A stretch of DNA of 64,000 nt from a virus. The number at the start of each line of letters is the position of its first letter. The stretch's first letter is position 1. The notes beneath the pieces were generated by a model. That model did not search any database. It worked only from the letters and a program-made list of their open reading frames with translations, and had not been told where the DNA came from. The position numbers and the translations under genes were made by a program. Shown piece by piece: positions 56,581 through 64,000 of this stretch. The DNA is taken from the IMG/VR virus record IMGVR_UViG_3300048930_000528, positions 1 through 64,000 of that record. One strand, written 5' to 3'.

Positions 56581-56838
56581 GATGGCTGCGACCACTGTGA
56601 CACCTTCGGAGGGCAGAAGACCTACGCGAACCAAGCGTGCCTGCCGCTCAACGGTCGCGTCGTGTGCGTGGACTGGTGCATCCATCAAATCGTGGCGGCG
56701 CTCAACGCCGGCGGCGTGCGCACGACTGCGTGCTGCTGCGGTCATGGGCGAATGCCGGGCCGCATCGACCTTGAGGACGGCCGCATACTCACGATCTCTT
56801 CGCCGAACAAGGCGGATATGCCGACGTGCAGCAAATAA
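56515..56838 (+). CDS. Cys-rich hypothetical protein (cassette)
   Basis: VDWCI..LN..G..T..CCCGHG motif; starts in attC K. Confidence 0.7.
   Translation: MSGEKTSEDVTAASVGSTDGFGDGCDHCDTFGGQKTYANQACLPLNGRVVCVDWCIHQIVAALNAGGVRTTACCCGHGRMPGRIDLEDGRILTISSPNKADMPTCSK
56802..56829 (-). mobile_element. attI-like terminal site of array 2
   Basis: Minus strand GCACGTCGGCATATCCGCCTT-GTTCGGC; core present, no partner arm; resembles 48003-48028. Confidence 0.5.
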
Positions 56839-56847
56839 GCGGAACTC

Positions 56848-57210
56848 ATGCAGGCCTTACTTCGTTACCCCAAACGTCAGCGCAGCGCCAAAGCCAGGGA
56901 GTGGGGTGCTCGTGGCAATGCGTCCCAAGCCGTCGCCAGGCTCACGCGAGACCTGCCATGGGAGACCATCGTAGCTCGCGCACGCGACGACGAACGCGGA
57001 AAGCTGACTCGCCATGGATGCACCTACTTCGGCGACGGCCGCATTGTGCATTGGGAAATTCGCCGATCCATCGCCGGCCGCCACAACCAGTTCGATGTGA
57101 TTGCCGACGGCATTCTCGTCCGAACCTATGGCCAGCGTCGTCTTCAGTCGTGGCTTAGGATGGTGCCACCTATCAAAGCCCCATCGCCTGCAGCGCAGCG
57201 CGCCGCCTGA
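56848..57210 (+). CDS. Basic hypothetical protein
   Basis: 120-aa ORF converging on the giant gene. Confidence 0.5.
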   Translation: MQALLRYPKRQRSAKAREWGARGNASQAVARLTRDLPWETIVARARDDERGKLTRHGCTYFGDGRIVHWEIRRSIAGRHNQFDVIADGILVRTYGQRRLQSWLRMVPPIKAPSPAAQRAA

Positions 57211-60200
57211 CGTCTTCGAGGTTGGGCACGCGTGAAGCCCGCGGGCGCATGGCCGATCCCATCCGGCGAGCGATGGCCTCCTGCAAATCGCTCGGCGCGA
57301 TCATGTCCGTGTAGCGGTCGAAGAGACTCAGCGCCTCGTTGACGGCCATGCGCCCGTCTTCACCTAAGGCTGACATCAGCCGCCCCATCTCAGCCTCGCT
57401 TGGCTTGGTGCGGAACGTGGTCGTCAGTGGGTTGCGCGACTTCCAGTTGGTAAGGACGTACGACTCTGGCGACTCTTCGCCGCGTGCACGCGCGGCCGAG
57501 ACCGCGTTCCGGTACGCCTCAAGGAATCCGATCCTGTCATTCGACAGGGCCTTCAGTTGCATCTGGCGAATCCAGACCGACACTGGCGTTGGTGAACTGC
57601 GGCCGGCGCCCATGCGAAGTTCAAGCCCCGCCTCGCGTCCGGCGGCGCGCAGGTAGTTGTTGACGTTGATCCGGTTCGTGACCTGCGCCTCGGAGTTTGA
57701 GAGGCCAAAGGCGTTATTTAAGATCTGCGTTGCCTGAATTTGCCCGCCAAATCCAAAGGCATTAAGCGCCGGCCGGATGGTGGACGCATAGGTCACAGCG
57801 CCCTCGGTGTGGATCAGGTCGCGCACGATGTCGCGCATGTTGGCAAACTGGGAGAAGATCAGAATGCGCGAGTTTAGGTCGAAGTCGCGCTGGCCTGCCT
57901 GCGGATCGACGATGTTGAATACCGACGACACGGCATCGCCCGCTAGGCCGAACGTGCCGGCACGAGCAGCGCGCTCGAGGATTGCCAGTGCGCCTACCCG
58001 GTCGCCCTGCAAGGACTCAGCCGCAGCATTCGCTACACCAACCACTGGTACCATGTCGATCGGGCGCAGCTTCCGCAGATTAGGCTCCTTGGCCAGCAAC
58101 TCGCGGTCGTACGCGTCCATGAGTAGGGAGTATGCGAGGCCAGCAGGCAGAGACCAAAGTGCCATGATGCCGATGCCCTTAACAATGGACGCCACTTGGA
58201 ATCGGCCGTCCGTCGTCTTGAGCGCCTCGTTGATCTGGTTCACTTTGGAGATTGGCCAGCCGAGAAGCAGGCCGCCGAATCGCCACACCGGATTATTGAA
58301 CCACTCCACCGGGCGGGTGTTGATCGACGACTCCAGCGACACCTCGTTGACGGCCATCATTGCAACGCCAAGTGCTTGGTCCCGGGTGAGAAGCGTTTCG
58401 CCCTTTGCCGCGCGCCGCATGGCGCCGCGCACGACGTCCTCAAGGTTGCCGATCTGGTACTCGCCAAGCCTGTCTCGGTAAAACCGGAACGCACCTTCAT
58501 CAGAGAAGTATGCACCTCCCTTCATGCCCAGCATATCCGGCGTAAACCGGAACGCGGGGTCCGCCTCTGCGTTGGGATTGCGGCGGAAGTAATCGATCCC
58601 GCGGGCAACCATCTGGTCGAAGACCTGCACGTTGGCCGTGGCGATCGAGGTGATACTCTTTTCGGACAGGTAGCGGAAGGGTGCCCACAATGCGTTGAAC
58701 ACACCAAACCTACCAGTGGGCTTCGGCAGCGATTCAAGCGCCTTGCTTAGTGCTGGAACATTCTTGACCACCGGAGCCCTTGATAACGCAGACAGGTCTA
58801 GGCCGCCGCGCATCGCTTGGTTTACACCTCGGACAATCTGGACTACACGGTTTGATCCGCCTTCCTGGAAGCTGGCATTCCTACCAATGTCAGCCATGCG
58901 CTGCCCCATCTGGAGGCTGCTGGTTGCGCGCCCCTCAAATGCTTCGCCGATCCATATCTGGTAGTCCGAAGCCTGGAGGAAATTAAGGCCGAAGTTGTCG
59001 AGTGCGCTTCCGAGAACCTCAGTCCCGAACGTCTTCCACGCCTTGCCCGTAACCACAAGCCCGGTGGGACCAAGGCCCTTGTATGCCAGCGGGAAATCGA
59101 ACAGCGACATCAAGTTCCACAGACCCGACTTTGGCTGGTTGAGAACCATCATCACGTTGAGTTGGGCAAGCTCAAGCGCCCAGCGTGCATCCCCCACGGC
59201 GCCAGTCGTGTTACCGTAGGAGAAGTACTCGTTCATCTGGTTCTCCCAGCGCTCGACGTTTGCCATGTCCTTTGCCGCGCGCTCAAGGTCGTCGAAGTTC
59301 CATCCGCGGTCAGTGGCCGCGCGTCGCTTCACGGAGGCTGGCCCCGGTGGCAGCTGCTGGTAGAGGCGATACCGGCCGGCGAGATCCGCACGAAGGTCAG
59401 TCAGGTCTTGCTGCACGCCTGAACCGTCACGCCCGAACGCAGCATGAAACGCAATCTCGGCGAGGAAGTTCTGTGCCGACTTGGCCTCGAACACTTCGTA
59501 CTGTAACCACTCAGGCGGAATGAGATCGTTGGTTCGACCATCCATCAGCCGGTGCTGCTTCGACGTGCGCCCGCCATTCAGGTTTGGCGCCTTGTCCACC
59601 TTGGCGACCAGCTTGGAGCCCATCTTGTAGAGCCCGGCAAATCGCTTGAGCATAGCCGCTCGGTACGCCGGAAGGTCGGCGTCGGTGTCGAGCTCGTTCG
59701 TTCGCGCGAAGAGGTTGTCGATCCACGCCGCGACGTCGCCACCAGATTCTTCCCATGCCTCAAGCGCAATCTCCTGCGGAACGTAGGCCCGCTCGCCGGG
59801 CGTGTTCGACGCGCCCATGAATACCGACCGCCCAGGCTTGCGGACGAATGGAGCAACGAAGTCACGCACTATCTCCGGCGTGAAGTAGGTCCCAATCGCT
59901 TCCGCAAAGGCCGCATCTTCGTAGGCCTCCTCGGCAAACAAGTCATCCTTCCAGCCTGCCTTGGCCATGGTGTCGGTGACAGCCTCGATCGCAGAGGCAC
60001 GCAGGCGCCGCGGCATGGTGAGCCAGCCGTACTTGATCGCATGGCGGAGCATGTTCTGGTCCGAGGTGAGCGGGTCCTTGATACGCGGGTCTTCCACGTA
60101 CACGCCGTGCTTCTCTGCGACCGCCTTCATGTGCTCGGACATCTCTTTGCTTGCGCGAAGGAAGGCGATGAACCGCTCGCCAAAGTTGTCAGCCACCTTC

Positions 60201-63200
60201 TGGCCGGCGGGGATGCGTGCCTTGGCGGAGCGCACGGCATCACGCAGCGCGGCACCTTCGTCGCGCCCAGGCTCGGACTCGATCTTGAACACGACCTGAT
60301 CGTAAACCTGTGTGAAGAAGTCGCGGTAGTAGGCGAAGCCTGCCGCATCGGAGGCGTCCTGCATGGCCTTGGTCCACACACGCGCGCGCCGCTCAACGCC
60401 GTCCTGCTCTGTCTTTGTGATGATCTGCCACCGGGTCAGGCGGCTGCGAATGCGTTGGCCTGCCGGCGTACCCGTTGAAGCGAAGTTCTTTCCAAGCGGA
60501 GAGAGGAGCTTGTCCACCAGCCACCGGCTTGCGGCGTGGTACTTCTTCTCGAAGTCCACCTTTCCAAGCTCCGTCGTAACTCGGTCGATCTCGTTGTAGA
60601 GTCGGCTGCGCGGCTGCCCGGAGTTGGCCTCAAGCCACAGCTGATTCATGCGCACGTCCTCGCGCACTTGCTGCGCTTGGTCGCCAAAGTCTTCACCTAC
60701 CATGCGGAGCGTGCGGGTGATTGCGTACCAAGTGCCGTCCGGCTTCTGGCGCATAGTTTGGTACTGCGCTCCGTTGCCAACCTCGAATCGGGAGAACGCA
60801 CCGACCGCGCCTTCCAGTCGCTTCGCCTCGTCCTCAAGACGGCGGGCAACTTCTTCAAGCATGAGCGCCTTCTGCTCACGCTTGGTCACGGTCTGGCGGC
60901 GGTTGCGCAGCTGGCGGCGGACGGACAGGTACTCGCGCTTGAGCCTTTCCTCCAGCCGGGCGGCCGGACCCTGCTCCTTCTGCACCTCAATCATGGCGTC
61001 AATCGTGGCGTCGTCGGCAGTGCGGATGGCTTCGAGCTCGGCGCGGATCGCGAGGTAGCGCGTCGTGTCCTGCATCGCGCGGAGCTGGATCATGTCCATC
61101 TCCTTCGCGCTCGATTTGGCGAGCGAGGTCAACGCGACCAGCATCGGCCGGTTGCGCACGAGGGCCTCAAGGCGGGCGTCCTTCGGTGCGTTGTCGCGCA
61201 CGGCCTGCATGATCTCGGACTGAGTCATCTTTGCCAAGGGCAGGTCGAGTGCCGCAATGGCCGAGAGCTTGTCGAACAGGCTGACTTGTCCGTCTGCATC
61301 CAGTGCCTGCTTGAAGACGCGCGTGTACGCATCCGGGATCGGGTCGCCCTCCGCCAGTCCCTCGGCTTCCTTGATGGCCTGGTACAGCCTGCCGCCGGCA
61401 AACGCCGTGTCCTGGCCTCGGTCAATGTCGCGGGCCAGCGTCTTGATGAGGCTGCGGAACTTGGTGTTCAGTTCGGCATTCATCGCCGAGGCATCACGCA
61501 GCTTCGCCTCAAGCGAGGCCTCGCGCTGGGTCACGCTCAGGATGTCCTCCGCCGCCTTGTCTGCCTGCTCGATTGCCGTGGCTGCGCGCTTGCGTGCAGT
61601 CCCCGCCATGCCGCGCATGATGGAAAGCGCGTCACGCTGCGCACGCTGGTTCATGGCATCCGTCATCTGCTCTCCGCCCACGCGCGCGGTGATGGCGTTC
61701 GGGAACTTGCCGTCGATCCATGCCATGATCTTCGAGGGCATGTCGCCCTTGCCGATCACGGACCAGAATTGTTCGTCCTTGGCCTGCGGCGCCAGCCGCT
61801 GCTTGAGGTCAGCCAGCACCGGGATGATCTCGTTCCACGTGGCCGCCGTCGTTCGGGCAACAGCTGTCTCGCGGTCTAGGTCGATCTCTTGGCCTGGGTT
61901 GGCTGACTGCTTGCTGAAGCGGATGTTCGAGTCCACCGCGCCCACGGTATCGGGCATGTTATCCGGCTGGCGGATCGCCCGGATCAGCGGGTCGAAGTAG
62001 TCAGCCACGGGTGCGCCGCCTACGCGGTCAAACCGCTGCTGGTACTTCGGCATCGGGCGCGGCAAGAGCGAGTCGAACGCATCGATGAAGCGGTAGTCGA
62101 AGTCTCCGCCGAGCATGCGGCGCAGGTTGTTCTCGTACCACGCAAGCGAGATCTGATCGGCGCGGTCCTGGAATCCGAGCGCCCGCACCATAGCCTTCGC
62201 CACGGTCAGGTACATATCCTTGACCGTCCGCCAAATCGCAGCGGCCATGCTTGGAGCCTCGGAACCAAAACCTTCGGCGGCCAACTTCTGTGCCGTGGAT
62301 TCGACGAGCCGCTCCTCGGCGTTGGCGTTGGCGTTGATCGCCGTGGACTGCACCTCGCGCACGGCTGCGTTGATCGCGCGCGTGATCTGCTGCTGGGCCA
62401 CCGGATCGGCCACGGCGTAGAGCGCATGGCCTGCCTCGTGGATCAGAGCCGTCAGGTTGCGCGTGTTGGCGTTCGCCAAGTCCTGCATCACGAGAACGAC
62501 CTGCCCCGTCTTGATGTTGATCGCGGCCGATTCGATGTCGCCCTGAATGAGCTTCACGTTGAAGCCACGGGCCTTGAGGCGATCCAAGATTCGGTCGAAT
62601 GCCTGCTGCTCCTGCGCCTGCGTCGCCGTGCGCTCGGCGCGTGCGGCCTCCATGCGGGTGCGGATCTGGTCGGTGTTGATGCCGGCCAGCACGTCCCGGA
62701 AGATTGATGCGTCTCCGTAGGTCGAGTCGAACGCGCCTTGCACGTAGGCCTGCACCGCCTCAAACGGCACGCCGGCCCGCTCGATCAGGCCGTCAAAGAA
62801 CTCCAGCCACGACTCGGGCAGCGTGTCGTACAGGTTGCGGTCGAAGATTCCGGCGCCATCCACGTCGATCGTCTTGTAGAGACGTGCGGCCAACTTCGGC
62901 GTCAGCTTTGAGAAAAGGTCAGGGAGGGGCGTCTGCTTCTTGGCCTTGGGCTTCGCAGCCTTCTTGGCTGCTGGCTTCTTGGCGAGAGGTGTTGCAGCTG
63001 TTGGCGCAGGTGCCGGAGGCGCAGCGAGGGCAGGCGCCGTGGCGGGAGCGGAGGGCAATGCCTCGGCGGCGGGCGTGGGCGGCGCACTGGCTGGCATGCG
63101 GCCGGCAGCCAGTTCGGCAAAGGCATCCTCCGATCCGTTGGCAGCGGCGTAGGCTTCGGCCAAGACGCGCCGGCCGTCTTCGGGCGAAACGTCATTGTCC

Positions 63201-64000
63201 GCGAACGCTGCTTCGATCCAGCCCTTGGCCGTGCGCGGGAGCGAAGCGACAGCGGCTGCGACGTTGCCTTCGTTCTTGGCGATGCGCTTGAACAGCGCGC
63301 GCACGTTGGCCGGTTCCGCACCGAACTCGACGGCCAGCTTCTGCGCAGGCGTCTGCTCAGGCGGGGCGGTCTGCGCGGCCAGCGCGGCGTTGTTCGCCTC
63401 CGCTGTCTCGATGGCGTCGCGGACCGTGCCGTCCTCGGCGGTAGACGTGCCGGCCACGTACTGATTCTCCCCGCCGGCAGTGCGGACACTCGTGCCTTGC
63501 ATGCGAGGCGTAGCATCACGCGCTGCGTAGTAGGCAGCCCGGTTTGGAAACTCCTGATACGGCCGCCCCGGCTCGCCGTCGAAGCGGATCGTGTCGATGG
63601 GAAATGCGCCCGACTTGAGCACGTCGGAAAGCAAAGCCGGCTGGCTTTCGCCTGGGCGAACAACCTTCCCATCCTTCCTATTGTTCTTCGCCATGCGTAG
63701 AAGGGCAGGCCCGGTCTTTACCTTGCCCGATGTTCCTGCGACCTGCGTACTCTTTGCAGGCAGGAGCCCTGTCTGAACCACCCTGCCGTCGGGCATCTCA
63801 AGCGCCACAGCTACGCGCGTCGTGCTCTTGTTACCCGTGTCGCTGAAGAAGTCGCCCCGCTTGCCACCTGTCCTTAGCTTTGCCAGTGCGTTGATAGCCG
63901 CGTCCCAGTCGAAGTTGCGCAGGGCGGTACGGTCGGCTTCGGTCGCGGTGCCATCTTTAAGCCGGTCTGTGATTCCTACTGCGAGGCTCTCGAAGTCGAT
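57173..64000 (-). CDS. Giant virion-type (DNA ejection/polyvalent) protein, >2270 aa, 5' end outside window
   Basis: Frame stays open from 64000 to 57173; LIHEAGH zincin-like motif; helical C-terminus with hydrophobic segments. Confidence 0.75.
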   Translation of the reverse strand: MDFESLAVGITDRLKDGTATEADRTALRNFDWDAAINALAKLRTGGKRGDFFSDTGNKSTTRVAVALEMPDGRVVQTGLLPAKSTQVAGTSGKVKTGPALLRMAKNNRKDGKVVRPGESQPALLSDVLKSGAFPIDTIRFDGEPGRPYQEFPNRAAYYAARDATPRMQGTSVRTAGGENQYVAGTSTAEDGTVRDAIETAEANNAALAAQTAPPEQTPAQKLAVEFGAEPANVRALFKRIAKNEGNVAAAVASLPRTAKGWIEAAFADNDVSPEDGRRVLAEAYAAANGSEDAFAELAAGRMPASAPPTPAAEALPSAPATAPALAAPPAPAPTAATPLAKKPAAKKAAKPKAKKQTPLPDLFSKLTPKLAARLYKTIDVDGAGIFDRNLYDTLPESWLEFFDGLIERAGVPFEAVQAYVQGAFDSTYGDASIFRDVLAGINTDQIRTRMEAARAERTATQAQEQQAFDRILDRLKARGFNVKLIQGDIESAAINIKTGQVVLVMQDLANANTRNLTALIHEAGHALYAVADPVAQQQITRAINAAVREVQSTAINANANAEERLVESTAQKLAAEGFGSEAPSMAAAIWRTVKDMYLTVAKAMVRALGFQDRADQISLAWYENNLRRMLGGDFDYRFIDAFDSLLPRPMPKYQQRFDRVGGAPVADYFDPLIRAIRQPDNMPDTVGAVDSNIRFSKQSANPGQEIDLDRETAVARTTAATWNEIIPVLADLKQRLAPQAKDEQFWSVIGKGDMPSKIMAWIDGKFPNAITARVGGEQMTDAMNQRAQRDALSIMRGMAGTARKRAATAIEQADKAAEDILSVTQREASLEAKLRDASAMNAELNTKFRSLIKTLARDIDRGQDTAFAGGRLYQAIKEAEGLAEGDPIPDAYTRVFKQALDADGQVSLFDKLSAIAALDLPLAKMTQSEIMQAVRDNAPKDARLEALVRNRPMLVALTSLAKSSAKEMDMIQLRAMQDTTRYLAIRAELEAIRTADDATIDAMIEVQKEQGPAARLEERLKREYLSVRRQLRNRRQTVTKREQKALMLEEVARRLEDEAKRLEGAVGAFSRFEVGNGAQYQTMRQKPDGTWYAITRTLRMVGEDFGDQAQQVREDVRMNQLWLEANSGQPRSRLYNEIDRVTTELGKVDFEKKYHAASRWLVDKLLSPLGKNFASTGTPAGQRIRSRLTRWQIITKTEQDGVERRARVWTKAMQDASDAAGFAYYRDFFTQVYDQVVFKIESEPGRDEGAALRDAVRSAKARIPAGQKVADNFGERFIAFLRASKEMSEHMKAVAEKHGVYVEDPRIKDPLTSDQNMLRHAIKYGWLTMPRRLRASAIEAVTDTMAKAGWKDDLFAEEAYEDAAFAEAIGTYFTPEIVRDFVAPFVRKPGRSVFMGASNTPGERAYVPQEIALEAWEESGGDVAAWIDNLFARTNELDTDADLPAYRAAMLKRFAGLYKMGSKLVAKVDKAPNLNGGRTSKQHRLMDGRTNDLIPPEWLQYEVFEAKSAQNFLAEIAFHAAFGRDGSGVQQDLTDLRADLAGRYRLYQQLPPGPASVKRRAATDRGWNFDDLERAAKDMANVERWENQMNEYFSYGNTTGAVGDARWALELAQLNVMMVLNQPKSGLWNLMSLFDFPLAYKGLGPTGLVVTGKAWKTFGTEVLGSALDNFGLNFLQASDYQIWIGEAFEGRATSSLQMGQRMADIGRNASFQEGGSNRVVQIVRGVNQAMRGGLDLSALSRAPVVKNVPALSKALESLPKPTGRFGVFNALWAPFRYLSEKSITSIATANVQVFDQMVARGIDYFRRNPNAEADPAFRFTPDMLGMKGGAYFSDEGAFRFYRDRLGEYQIGNLEDVVRGAMRRAAKGETLLTRDQALGVAMMAVNEVSLESSINTRPVEWFNNPVWRFGGLLLGWPISKVNQINEALKTTDGRFQVASIVKGIGIMALWSLPAGLAYSLLMDAYDRELLAKEPNLRKLRPIDMVPVVGVANAAAESLQGDRVGALAILERAARAGTFGLAGDAVSSVFNIVDPQAGQRDFDLNSRILIFSQFANMRDIVRDLIHTEGAVTYASTIRPALNAFGFGGQIQATQILNNAFGLSNSEAQVTNRINVNNYLRAAGREAGLELRMGAGRSSPTPVSVWIRQMQLKALSNDRIGFLEAYRNAVSAARARGEESPESYVLTNWKSRNPLTTTFRTKPSEAEMGRLMSALGEDGRMAVNEALSLFDRYTDMIAPSDLQEAIARRMGSAMRPRASRVPNLEDVRRRAALQAMGL

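Noticed and set aside
53727-56838. CRISPR array or REP elements as explanation of the spaced repeats
   Set aside because: Repeats are not identical, are separated by whole genes, and no cas operon is present; the Cas4-like nuclease at 24899 sits in the SSAP recombination module.

Overview
The whole window is phage DNA (GC-rich, no host housekeeping genes), most likely a temperate podovirus-like tailed phage; an Opitutae/Verrucomicrobiota host is inferred, not shown. Layout: virion/packaging module on the minus strand (1-21 kb), integrase plus a divergent pair of ribbon-helix-helix regulators (21-23 kb), recombination/replication genes (23-33 kb), small minus-strand genes (33-37 kb), an iteron/palindrome origin-like region and a ~500-nt structured non-coding region (37.0-37.9 kb), a long plus-strand accessory region with five DNA methyltransferase-type genes and a second tyrosine recombinase (38-57 kb), and a >2270-aa virion-type protein running off the right edge. 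The main discovery is two arrays of integron-type gene cassettes (46.5-48.0 kb and 53.7-56.8 kb): nine complete attC-like hairpins, one truncated site and two similar attI-like terminal sites. Each of the 10 cassettes is bounded by perfectly complementary 7-9 bp cores. The attC sites lie on the minus strand while every cassette gene is on the plus strand, the reverse of normal integrons, and many genes begin and end inside the attC sites. No IntI-type integrase is visible. Other notable items: two related LAGLIDADG inteins at the same Walker A position of two different helicases, a boxA-like element, an A10 frameshift site after the capsid gene, and a domain shared between a capsid-adjacent protein and a glycosidase-fold enzyme. 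All calls come from reading the sequence; no searches were run.
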